From positions 1,201 through 65,200 of the forward strand of contig CAZHOE010000003.1 in NCBI GenBank assembly GCA_964534445.1: a DNA stretch of 64,000 nt, in the 5' to 3' direction. Of this stretch, positions 9,559 through 18,018 are shown one piece after another; within the stretch, counting starts at the first letter, position 1, and the number at the start of each line of letters is the position of its first letter. Below the pieces are notes generated by a model. The model did no database searches and was not told the DNA's origin. It saw only the letters and a program-made list of their open reading frames with translations. This DNA is from an uncultured Micavibrio sp. (GTDB taxonomy: Bacteria; Pseudomonadota; Alphaproteobacteria; Micavibrionales; UBA2020). Made by a program: the position numbers and the translations under genes.

Positions 9559-9635
9559 GCGCCCGTAGCTCAACTGGATAGAGCATCTGACTACGAATCA
9601 GAAGGTTAGGAGTTCGAATCTCTTCGGGCGCGCCA
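9559..9635 (+). tRNA. tRNA-Arg (anticodon ACG)
   Basis: Cloverleaf folded by hand: 7-bp acceptor stem GCGCCCG/CGGGCGC, anticodon loop CTACGAA, T-arm AGGAG-TTCGAAT-CTCTT, encoded CCA. Confidence 0.93.
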
Positions 9636-9669
9636 TTTATATCCCTCTAAACATTGCACAAACCTGCGT

Positions 9670-9696
9670 CCCGCCGTAATTTAGGCGGGTTTTTTA
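9670..9696 (+). terminator. rho-independent terminator after tRNA-Arg
   Basis: CCCGCC/GGCGGG stem followed by a T6 run. Confidence 0.6.
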
Positions 9697-9796
9697 TTGT
9701 TTTGAGAAAATGTATTCCCGTGCTGCCACGTGTCCGCATTTGCGGGGGTTTGCAGGGAGTGTCGGCAAACGCGGTGCAAACGCAGAAAGGCAGCAG

Positions 9797-9880
9797 CCCC
9801 GCATCGTTCCATGTGTATGCGTTCGTGCCGCCGTTGTTTTTGGTGAGGCGGTTGCTGGTGGCATCGTAGGCGGGCGTCTT
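9797..9880 (-). pseudogene. rhs YD-repeat remnant (~28 codons)
   Basis: Minus-strand frame reads KTPAYDATSNRLTKNNGGTNAYTWNDAG directly after a TAG, with no start codon. It shares a 31-bp stretch with the rhs fragment at 20087-20117. Confidence 0.5.
9824..9854. repeat. 31-bp direct repeat, copy 1 (rhs-derived)
   Basis: CGTGCCGCCGTTGTTTTTGGTGAGGCGGTTG matches 20087-20117 at 30 of 31 positions in the same orientation. Confidence 0.85.
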
Positions 9881-9900
9881 GGAATGCTAAGTTAGGTGTT

Positions 9901-10512
9901 TTATGCTCGCGGTGCTCTCTTGCTGCGATCCGGTATGTTTTTCGTGTCATAGGCCTCGATCATGGTGATGATTTTGCCCAGTGCCGCACGTGCGTCCTGC
10001 GTATATTCATTGTGGCGGGCAAAACCCTCCTTGGCAATCTCCAGAGCGGTCTGGCCCTTGGTGTTCCGCAAGCGTGTATCTGGTTTCGCTTTGAGAATGT
10101 CTTGAGCGGATTCGGTATCCGCGTGGAGAACGGCATACATCAGTACCGTCATTTGCTTGTTGTTCTGGCAGTTGACATTGGCCTTTCGGCGCAGCAGGTC
10201 GCGCATGGCGCTGTGTTGTTCGCGGATAGCGGTTGCATGTAAGGCCGTGTTACCTTCCTTATCCGGTGCATTCAGGTCAGCGCCAAAGTCGGCGAGTAAG
10301 CCGAGGGCACGCCAGTTGCCCTGCGCCGCCGCGTGCTGAATAACGGGGACACCTGCCTCGGGATGCTGAGCATTGGCACTGCCGCCCGCCATGAGGGCGA
10401 GGCCGAGGAGGCGTTCATCTTGTACGGCGACCGCTTCAATGACCATGCCGTCCAGTGCTGCCTGTGAAAAAATTTTGGTAGAAGCTTTAAAAGTTTTGAC
10501 TAAAGCCCCCAT
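9901..10512 (-). CDS. ankyrin-repeat protein
   Basis: About 4 ANK repeats (GNTALHATAIREQHSAMRDLLRRKANVN; MTVLMYAVLHADTESAQDIL; GQTALEIA). Overlaps the upstream ORF by 13 nt. Confidence 0.75.
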   Translation of the reverse strand: MGALVKTFKASTKIFSQAALDGMVIEAVAVQDERLLGLALMAGGSANAQHPEAGVPVIQHAAAQGNWRALGLLADFGADLNAPDKEGNTALHATAIREQHSAMRDLLRRKANVNCQNNKQMTVLMYAVLHADTESAQDILKAKPDTRLRNTKGQTALEIAKEGFARHNEYTQDARAALGKIITMIEAYDTKNIPDRSKRAPRA

Positions 10513-11144
10513 GTTTTACTTCCGTTATGTCTCACAACGGCTCCAACTGATTTAAGGTTGTCAATTTTTACGGTAACTTGAGCGCAGGTTGCTTTGAACT
10601 CATCGTTCATTTCACGCAGATGATGCGCAGTATTGGCCAGTGCGTTGCCAAGGCGCTTGTCATGCAAAAAGGCAAGGCTCAGAGTATTGTAACAATCGGA
10701 AAGCGCAGTATTCCTGACGATGGCACGCGCCATTTCCTCTTTGAGTGCGGCAAGGGGTTCTGGCTTTGCCTCATCCGCAAGCATTTTAAGGCGACATGTC
10801 AGCTCCTGCGCGTCTTGAAAATTGTTCAAGCGCACTTGGTTCAAATAAGCGAGCAGTCCGCCGAATTCATAAATGCTGGATTGCACTGTGCGCAGACGCT
10901 GTTCTATCACGACGGTTTTTTCTGTGGCATCGAGCGCCGGGTCGTGGAGGATTTTGTAGAAAGGGTTTTCCTCGATACATGAAATCAGTCGTACGGGAGG
11001 ATTTTCCGTGAAGGCACCTTCCCGATCGCTCGGCATGTTGAACGCGCGCCTAAGATAATCTTTTAGTTTGAGAGCCATTTTTTCACTCCACTTAGAGGCC
11101 TTCAAGTCGCCTATTACCTCTCCCGTTTCGCCATGGTTAAACAT
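10500..11144 (-). CDS. hypothetical helical protein (214 aa), co-transcribed with the ankyrin gene
   Basis: Intact ORF with no TM segment or recognised motif. AT-rich composition. Divergent from the LysR gene. Confidence 0.5.
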   Translation of the reverse strand: MFNHGETGEVIGDLKASKWSEKMALKLKDYLRRAFNMPSDREGAFTENPPVRLISCIEENPFYKILHDPALDATEKTVVIEQRLRTVQSSIYEFGGLLAYLNQVRLNNFQDAQELTCRLKMLADEAKPEPLAALKEEMARAIVRNTALSDCYNTLSLAFLHDKRLGNALANTAHHLREMNDEFKATCAQVTVKIDNLKSVGAVVRHNGSKTWGL

Positions 11145-11257
11145 CTTTTTGTTTCCCTTTCGTTAATGTCCTGTCGCGCGTGGTTCGGACCCAAATACTG
11201 TAAAGTGACAGAAGAACATTGCGTACAATGCAGTAGGTTTTCCTTACCTCTTATCGC

Positions 11258-11340
11258 TTATATAAATAATATTATATTATGAAATATAATTTAAATAGTT
11301 TTTCTATATATTATTTATTAGTTATACTAATACTTAAGGT
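11258..11340. promoter_or_regulatory. almost pure A/T divergent control region (LysR gene <> hypothetical/ankyrin operon)
   Basis: About 80 bp with very few G/C. Contains the perfect palindrome ATAATATTAT (11266-11275), compatible with a LysR T-N11-A-type site. Confidence 0.35.
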
Positions 11341-11396
11341 TTAACGAATGACAGTCGGTAAAGTCGACTCTGCCTGCTGTATAAGGAGTTATCGCC

Positions 11397-12329
11397 ATGA
11401 GAAGAGACTTGGCTAAGATTAACATTATGATGCTGACGACGTTGGAAGCTTTGTACCTTTACAAAACGACAACAAACGCTGCAAAAGAAACCGGCCTCGC
11501 GCAACCGAGCATTTCCTGGTATCTCAAACAGCTTCGTGAGCTGACAGGTGACGATTTGTTTATTAGGGGCGCAAAAGGTTTTGAGCCGACCGATTTTTGC
11601 ACGGCTTACTACGAGCAGGCTAAAGAAATACTCAATTCGATGGAGCTGCTCATCTCATCAAAAAATACGGCTTTCGATCCGAAAAAACAAGCCGCGCATT
11701 TTACCGTTGCTGTTCCATACTTCAAGGCGCGTATGCTGCTTGATGCTCTATCCGTCAACTTGATGAAGGAATATCCCCTCATACAATCAAACCTGTTTTA
11801 CCTGAAAGAATCGGAAGCTCTGCAACATCTGGAAAGCGGCTTGCTTGACATCTATATAGGCCTCATATCCGAAAAGCTGCAAAAGCGGTTTCAGGTAGAA
11901 AAAGTGTTGGAGAGCGAGTTTATTGTCTTGTGCTCTGAAAAGAGTCCTCTTTTCAAAAAAGGTAAAATTAGCAAACAGGAATTTATAAACACGCCGCATA
12001 TAAAGGTTTCGCCAGGGTTTGAGCCTTCCGTTCTTGATGCAAAACTCAATAAACAGGGGCTATTGCAAAAAACACTGTTTACCGTACCTGATATCGGGGC
12101 GCAAATAATTCTGCTGCGTGAAACGGGCTATTTACTGCTTATCGACCGAAGCGATGCCGAGATGATCATGTCGGGCAATACTTTCAAGGTGCTGAAAACT
12201 GATTTTGATTTGCCGCAGATTTCATTGCATGCCGTCTGGCACAGGCGGAAGAAGAATGATCCCGCGCATAAATGGCTACGAGAACATCTCAAAGCGTCGT
12301 GCAAAATAAACAACAGGCGCGGTCGCTAG
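11397..12329 (+). CDS. LysR-family transcriptional regulator
   Basis: N-terminal wHTH (TNAAKETGLAQPSISWYLKQLRELTGDDLFIR) and a C-terminal substrate-binding-like domain. AAGGAG lies 8 nt upstream of the ATG. Confidence 0.85.
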   Translation: MRRDLAKINIMMLTTLEALYLYKTTTNAAKETGLAQPSISWYLKQLRELTGDDLFIRGAKGFEPTDFCTAYYEQAKEILNSMELLISSKNTAFDPKKQAAHFTVAVPYFKARMLLDALSVNLMKEYPLIQSNLFYLKESEALQHLESGLLDIYIGLISEKLQKRFQVEKVLESEFIVLCSEKSPLFKKGKISKQEFINTPHIKVSPGFEPSVLDAKLNKQGLLQKTLFTVPDIGAQIILLRETGYLLLIDRSDAEMIMSGNTFKVLKTDFDLPQISLHAVWHRRKKNDPAHKWLREHLKASCKINNRRGR

Positions 12330-12408
12330 TTTCTGTTTACTGTTATAAGTGCTGGTGCATATTCAAAGAGTAGTTTGTTTTTTGTAGAGCGCGGCGCTCA
12401 AATTCCCT

Positions 12409-13764
12409 TTAACGTCCAGACCCAAAAACGACGCTGAAATTCAATCCGCCGATGTCGTTGCGGTTGAGTTCGATATTTGCCTGATGCGTTTCTGCCACCC
12501 ATTGAACGATGCTCAGTCCGAGTCCGGACCCGCTTTGGGACTTGTCGACGCGGTAAAACCGCTCAAATACATGCGGCATGTGCTTATCCGGAATGCCTGC
12601 GCCTGTATCTGAAACACTTAACCGCACTTTTCCATTCGCCTCCGTGGCCAGAACGGCCGTCACTGTGCCGCCTGCAGGAGAAAACTTCACGGCATTATGC
12701 AGGATGTTGCGTATCATTAATGCCAGTGCATGCCGCACACCGCGCACAGGCGGTGTATCTTCAAGTTTCAGATCGATTGTAATTTTTCTACTCTTTGCAA
12801 AACCGGCGAGAGCAGCCACCTCCTGTTTTACGATATCCGAGAGTACAACGGGCACGGATTCACTTCTATCCCCTTGCAGGCGTGCAAAAGACAGCAGCGT
12901 TTCCGTCATTTCCGTGGCGCGGTCAATGGCGGCGATGAGGTTTTCCAACCCGTCGTGCCCCGCCTGCGTCAGGTTCTCACTCCTTAAAAGCGTCTGCGCT
13001 TGTGTTTTGATGGCGGCAAGCGGTGTACGCAGTTCATGCGCAGCGTTGTCGGTAAACTCCCGCTCGCGTGCAAAGCTGGTTTCGATCCGCCCGAAAAGCT
13101 CGTTCAAGGCACTGGTCAGGGCCTGAATTTCAACCGGTATATCGTGATCGTCAATCGGTGACAGATCATCGGCTGCCCGGGACTTCACCTCTTTGGAAAC
13201 GCGTTTGAGAATTTTAAGACTGGAACTGGTTCCCCACCAGATCGCGATAACGGCGCCTAGAATAAAAAAGAGACCGGGGATCAAAAGGCTGCTTAAGAGT
13301 TGTAAGGTAAGCTCGCGCCGTATCTCGTATTTTTCAGCGACTTCAATCGTCAAACCGGACTTTTCATCGGGTAGGGTATAGATGCGCCATTCCTCACGGC
13401 CTTTTTTGTCGCGTTGTAGATCGGAAAAGCCGGGGGGCAGATATATGCCCTCCATATCGGGTCCCTCCGTAGATGTGGTTATGACTTTGTCTCCCCTGAG
13501 TATCCGGTATGATATTTTACGCTCGTATTTGTGCGCGAGTTCCGAATCTTGTGCGCGGTTCAGGCCAGTATAGTTATGCGGATCCGTGTCAGCAGCGGGC
13601 ATTGATGCAAGCGATCTTGAAAACTGAACCAAAGTCGCATCGTAAACCTCGTCGACCTCATGGTAAATAAACGCAAGCGCCAGTCCGCCCGACAGCAAGG
13701 CGGCGGCCGTCATTTGTAAAAGCAGGGTTTTGACCAAGCGCCCGCGTAACGAGAGATTCTTCAT
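12409..13764 (-). CDS. sensor histidine kinase (QseC/PmrB-like)
   Basis: Two TM helices flank a periplasmic domain of about 120 aa. H-box AAHELRTPL, G1 SDTGAGIP, G2 GSGLGLSIV. Its ATG overlaps the response-regulator stop as ATGA. Confidence 0.88.
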   Translation of the reverse strand: MKNLSLRGRLVKTLLLQMTAAALLSGGLALAFIYHEVDEVYDATLVQFSRSLASMPAADTDPHNYTGLNRAQDSELAHKYERKISYRILRGDKVITTSTEGPDMEGIYLPPGFSDLQRDKKGREEWRIYTLPDEKSGLTIEVAEKYEIRRELTLQLLSSLLIPGLFFILGAVIAIWWGTSSSLKILKRVSKEVKSRAADDLSPIDDHDIPVEIQALTSALNELFGRIETSFAREREFTDNAAHELRTPLAAIKTQAQTLLRSENLTQAGHDGLENLIAAIDRATEMTETLLSFARLQGDRSESVPVVLSDIVKQEVAALAGFAKSRKITIDLKLEDTPPVRGVRHALALMIRNILHNAVKFSPAGGTVTAVLATEANGKVRLSVSDTGAGIPDKHMPHVFERFYRVDKSQSGSGLGLSIVQWVAETHQANIELNRNDIGGLNFSVVFGSGR

Positions 13765-14417
13765 GGTTCGATCACATATCCAATATTTCGAATTGTTTTA
13801 ATAAAATCCCGTCCCAGTTTTCGGCGTAGGGCGGAGATATGAACCTCGACTGTATTGCTGCCGATGTCATCGCTACTCCAGTCGTAAATGCTGGATTCAA
13901 TTTGCTGTTTGCTCATGACGTGTCCGATATTGCTTAACAGACACTCTGCAATCGCAAATTCTCTTGCGGACAGCGCGATGGGCGCCGTGCCGAGGTGAAC
14001 GGTTTTGGCAAGTGGATCAAGTACCAGATCACCATGCCGCATAACGGATGCGGCGCGGCCATGTGAGCGGCGAATGAGTGCTGCACAGCGTGCCAAGAGC
14101 TCATTTAGATCAAAAGGTTTGGCGAGATAGTCATCCGCACCGGCGTTAAGGCCCTCAATGCGATGATAAACGGCATCCCGTGCCGTTAGGAAAAGGCAGG
14201 GCGTTTGATTGTTGTTGTCGCGCAAGCATCTGAGCAGATCTAGGCCCGTTTCTCCGGGTAAGTTTATATCAAAAACGAACAGATCATAAGTATGTGTGCG
14301 TATGGCAGCTTCGGCGTCCTCCGCATTTTTTAGCCAGTCGACAGCAAAGGCCGTACGCAAACCCGCAAGCGTGGCTTTGCCCAGCATATCGTCATCTTCC
14401 ACTAGTAAAACACGCAT
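13761..14417 (-). CDS. OmpR-family response regulator
   Basis: MRVLLVEDDD, phospho-acceptor region DLFVFDINLPG, LAKPF, and wHTH TVEVHISALRRKLG. The start at M15 of the track ORF is preferred. Confidence 0.88.
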   Translation of the reverse strand: MRVLLVEDDDMLGKATLAGLRTAFAVDWLKNAEDAEAAIRTHTYDLFVFDINLPGETGLDLLRCLRDNNNQTPCLFLTARDAVYHRIEGLNAGADDYLAKPFDLNELLARCAALIRRSHGRAASVMRHGDLVLDPLAKTVHLGTAPIALSAREFAIAECLLSNIGHVMSKQQIESSIYDWSSDDIGSNTVEVHISALRRKLGRDFIKTIRNIGYVIEP

Positions 14418-14430
14418 TAAGGTGACCATC

Positions 14431-14472
14431 ATAAAAATCGGGGAGCCCGCATACTGCAAGAGCTCCCCGATT
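14431..14472 (-). terminator. rho-independent terminator between the biosynthetic operon and the response-regulator gene
   Basis: 11-bp stem AATCGGGGAGC/GCTCCCCGATT (14436-14446 and 14462-14472) followed on the minus strand by a T-run. Confidence 0.6.
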
Positions 14473-14498
14473 ATAGAGAAAAAAACGATAAGACTCTA

Positions 14499-15977
14499 TC
14501 AGTTAAAGTTTTTTTCCGGCTTTGCCGTCTTTGCCTTTTTACGTGCGCCCGCCAGTGCTGCGCGGATTTCCTGCCGGCGTCCCTCATCGGCAAGCGCGCG
14601 TCCGGGGCGATCTGGTGCTGCAAGCGCTTTCTCCAATACAGGGACGGCGTCCTCATACCGCTTTTGCTGCAATAGGTAGTCGCCGTAAAAATAGTTCGGG
14701 TCAATGCCGTCAGGATTGATTAACAGGGCAGCTTTCAGATATTTTTCCGCTTTTTCCTTATCACCAAAGGCGATTGGCCAGCCGGGCACTTGATAGTAAA
14801 GAGAGCCAAGAGAGGTATAAGCGGAACCGTTTAGGGCTTTTGGATTAAGGGCAATGGCTTTCTCAAGTTGTGATCTGGCCTCTTTTACTTTCGGCAGGGC
14901 GGCAAGGCCTTTGATAAATCCGGCTTCTGTCGAAAGAATAATAGCGTGCCATATTTTTGCCTCGGCCCGGTCGGGAGCGGCCGCCACCAATGCAGCGGCT
15001 TCTTTTTCCAAAGACTTCATAGCCGTAATTTTTTTGTCGTTATCCGTCGATTTATACTTTATTTCGGCCCAGCGACTCTGTAAATCGGCAATCCTGAGTG
15101 TCACCATATCTGTCTCTTCTTGTGTGATGACAAGGCTTTCCTGTGGGGCCGTCGCCGGCATTTCGGCATGTACCGGCATTGCAAAGGATAATGTGGCGCA
15201 GATAAGGAATGTGAATGCTTTCATTTTTTTATGAACCTCTTGTTCTGGGTTGGATTGTGTGGCGTGCTGCAAAAGGGCTTCGCCAATATCGCGGTTTTTT
15301 TGAAGACCGCTGTCGATGATCTTGGGGAAAAGAGCCTGAAGAACGGCGAAGAATCGTTCAGGCCATCCGATGCGTAGATCCTGCGCATCTGTTTCAATGC
15401 CTTGAACAATTTTATGCGCCACGTATTCCGCGCTATCATAACGGACGCCTGTTTTCTGATTGAGAAGGGCTTTTAATCCCTTATTAGCATCGGTCTTGAC
15501 GGCGCGCGGCGTGACATGTGTGACAGTCACGCCAGTGCCCGATAGTTCGCGGCGCAGGGCGTCCGAGAATCCTTTTAGGCCGGCTTTTGCTGCGACATAT
15601 CCGGTTAAATGCGGCAATGGGATCAAGGCTGTCATTGATCCGATATTGACGATTTTGCCACTGCCACGGCATTTCATACCTGGTAGAACTGCCTGCGCCA
15701 GACGCATCGGTACGACGAGATTTAAGCGGATAATATCTTCCATGTCCTGATTTTCGCAATGCGCGAATACGTTGTATCCCGCCAGATTGATCAATATGTC
15801 TGGTGGCGCTACAGACAGCGCAGCACAAAGGCCTGAAATATCACCGGATAGGTCACCGTGCGTGCTGCGGCTGTGCACATCCACTGTCGCGCCAGCTTCG
15901 CGCAACAACTTGACGAGCGGCATGCCAATGCCGCCCGTCCCGCCTGTGATGAAAACTTTTCTTCCTTTAAGCTGCAT
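14499..15977 (-). CDS. short-chain dehydrogenase/reductase fused in frame to a signal-peptide-like segment and a TPR-like domain
   Basis: SDR motifs TGGTGGIG and YVAAK in the first ~255 aa. Then MKAFTFLICATLSFAMPVHA and TPR-like helices. The ATG at 15977 overlaps the upstream stop by 11 nt; the upstream extension to 16082 is rejected. Confidence 0.7.
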   Translation of the reverse strand: MQLKGRKVFITGGTGGIGMPLVKLLREAGATVDVHSRSTHGDLSGDISGLCAALSVAPPDILINLAGYNVFAHCENQDMEDIIRLNLVVPMRLAQAVLPGMKCRGSGKIVNIGSMTALIPLPHLTGYVAAKAGLKGFSDALRRELSGTGVTVTHVTPRAVKTDANKGLKALLNQKTGVRYDSAEYVAHKIVQGIETDAQDLRIGWPERFFAVLQALFPKIIDSGLQKNRDIGEALLQHATQSNPEQEVHKKMKAFTFLICATLSFAMPVHAEMPATAPQESLVITQEETDMVTLRIADLQSRWAEIKYKSTDNDKKITAMKSLEKEAAALVAAAPDRAEAKIWHAIILSTEAGFIKGLAALPKVKEARSQLEKAIALNPKALNGSAYTSLGSLYYQVPGWPIAFGDKEKAEKYLKAALLINPDGIDPNYFYGDYLLQQKRYEDAVPVLEKALAAPDRPGRALADEGRRQEIRAALAGARKKAKTAKPEKNFN

Positions 15978-18018
15978 TCTTTTGAACTTTCTTGTGTGGG
16001 ATAGCCGAAAGAACCTGCGCAAAAAGGCGGAAGGTATTATTGGCAACTTCGATAATTGCAGCCTGATCGTCCGCATCATCAATTTTATTGACGAGGCTTT
16101 CGAAAAACTTCAGGTGTTCGATGTCAAGCGCGCCATGCGAGTAAAGATAGGTAAAGGCTGTTTTCGGCAATTTTAATCCTGCCATAATGGCATCCGCACC
16201 GTTACTTGCGATCTGGGTGGATGTGCTTTCCAGCATAAAAACCATGCCCAGAAACCCGACGGGATTTTTACGTGCGATATAATCGTAATTATAAGCGACC
16301 AATACTTGCGTTTCCAGATTGGGGGTTGCATGGCGCGCGGTTTCCTTGTCACCGCCGGCAGCAGCGATATCGTTGAGTATCCACTCTTCGTGGCCTTTTT
16401 CCTCATCGATATATTCCGCAATGGCATCATGCAGCCATTTTTTCTCCTCCGGCAGGCGGGCGCCCATGGCCATCAGGAAGCGAACGGTGTGTTTTACGTG
16501 ATGGTAGGCTTCCGTTAGGTAGGCGACGTATGTTTCTCGGCTGATATCGCCGCGCAGCCCATCGGTCAGTTGCGGCACCATATAAAGCGATTGGCGTGCG
16601 GGTTCTGTCTCTTTTTGTAGTCTTTCATAAAAAGTCATGGTCTTCTCCTTTAAAAAATGTTTCAGAACATTGTTCCGTTTGATACGGCCATTGCCGGTCA
16701 AAAATCCCTTATCTGCGGTTAAGGTAGGAATAACGCGAAAATGTTTTACATGTGCATAAGCGGGCAGCTTTTGATTGGCGGTAGCGATCGCAGATGCGAT
16801 ATCGGCGTCTTCTTTCATCGGAACGATCAGGGCGCCAATGTTTTCCGCCCCCTCGCCGAAAACAACAGCCTGCCGTATGGCCGGTTGTGCCAAGAGGATG
16901 CTTTCAACCCATTCGGGGGCAATGTTGCGCCCGTATCCTGTAATAATCATATTTTTACAGCGGCCCGTGAGCGTTACAAAGCCGTCAGTGTCGATTGAAC
17001 CCAAGTCTCCTGTCGGGAAACTTGTGTTCGGGCGCGGCGCATCGCCGAGATAGCCTAGAAAGCATGGATTCTCGACGACGATTTCCCCGTCCTCAACTTT
17101 GACGTCTACGTGCGGTAAGATTTTACCGGAGGTTGCCGGCGCGCACTTTCTCGGCGTATTCAGGGCGATGACGGAGCCGCATTCGCTCAGGCCGTAGCCT
17201 TCGTACACAGGCAAGCCTGCTGCATGCGCCGCTATCAGCATATCGGGATCGACCTTCGCGCCCCCGACCGCTGCAAAAGTCAGGCTATCCGGTACTTTGC
17301 CGGTTTGTTGGATGGAGAACATCAAGCCGTGCAGTATTTCCGGCACCAGAATAACAGAGGTAATTTTTTGCGCGTTCATTACATCCAGTAACGCGGTAAA
17401 GTTCGGTTGAAAAATATCGGTAAAACCAATCGCCGCCAGCGGGGGAACATAAACGGTAGCGCCCGTCATCAAGGCCGTATATACACCGGCGACATTTTCC
17501 AGCAAAACGGCAAGCGGCAGAACGCAAAGATGCTTGCCGACATGTTCCGTACCCAGTGCCGCTGCAAGGCTCAATGCGACCTTTTCAAGGCCGGCTTGTG
17601 TCAGGCATACGCCTTTGGGGTCTCCGGTAGAGCCCGAAGTATAGGTGATTTTATCTGTCCCGTCCGGAAGTGTAACGTCATATGTTTCATATCCGGTGGC
17701 AACAATCGATGTTCCCAGCACGATATGTGTGATACCGGCGGCTTTCAAAGCGGCATCGCGCTGCGCGGCATGGAAAAAAGGCGGTAGCGGTGTAACAGGA
17801 ATTTTTAAAGTGAGCGCGGCGAGATCATACAAGATCCAGTCGATGCTGTTGTCGCCGGCAATGGCAAGGCGCTTACACCCTGCAGCATGCAAGTGCGCAG
17901 CGGCAGCTAAAATTTCAGCTTCCAGATTTTTATAAGTAATATCACGCGCGCCATCGCTCAGCGCGATTTTGTCCGGGTTACTTACTGCAATTTTTTTGAT
18001 GCTGTTTATGATCTGCAT
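15967..18018 (-). CDS. AMP-dependent synthetase/ligase fused to a heme-oxygenase-like (diiron, TenA/PqqC-like) domain
   Basis: Adenylation cores YTSGSTGDPKGV, YGLSECG, TGDLG and GRIKR. The C-terminal ~230 aa carry DEEKGHEEW (E..H metal motif). An internal AAGGAG-N6-ATG sits at the domain boundary. Confidence 0.75.
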   Translation of the reverse strand: MQIINSIKKIAVSNPDKIALSDGARDITYKNLEAEILAAAAHLHAAGCKRLAIAGDNSIDWILYDLAALTLKIPVTPLPPFFHAAQRDAALKAAGITHIVLGTSIVATGYETYDVTLPDGTDKITYTSGSTGDPKGVCLTQAGLEKVALSLAAALGTEHVGKHLCVLPLAVLLENVAGVYTALMTGATVYVPPLAAIGFTDIFQPNFTALLDVMNAQKITSVILVPEILHGLMFSIQQTGKVPDSLTFAAVGGAKVDPDMLIAAHAAGLPVYEGYGLSECGSVIALNTPRKCAPATSGKILPHVDVKVEDGEIVVENPCFLGYLGDAPRPNTSFPTGDLGSIDTDGFVTLTGRCKNMIITGYGRNIAPEWVESILLAQPAIRQAVVFGEGAENIGALIVPMKEDADIASAIATANQKLPAYAHVKHFRVIPTLTADKGFLTGNGRIKRNNVLKHFLKEKTMTFYERLQKETEPARQSLYMVPQLTDGLRGDISRETYVAYLTEAYHHVKHTVRFLMAMGARLPEEKKWLHDAIAEYIDEEKGHEEWILNDIAAAGGDKETARHATPNLETQVLVAYNYDYIARKNPVGFLGMVFMLESTSTQIASNGADAIMAGLKLPKTAFTYLYSHGALDIEHLKFFESLVNKIDDADDQAAIIEVANNTFRLFAQVLSAIPHKKVQKNAA

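Noticed and set aside
9681-9950. 89-aa minus-strand ORF next to tRNA-Arg
   Set aside because: It runs through the tRNA terminator hairpin and has a basic, low-complexity translation. A different frame of the same strand carries the recognisable YD-repeat remnant, which I report instead.
15978-16082. N-terminal extension of the SDR ORF (MMMRTIRLQL...)
   Set aside because: It overlaps the last 116 nt of the upstream adenylase-oxidase gene. The SDR Rossmann motif begins right after the internal ATG at 15977, which gives an 11-nt coupled overlap.
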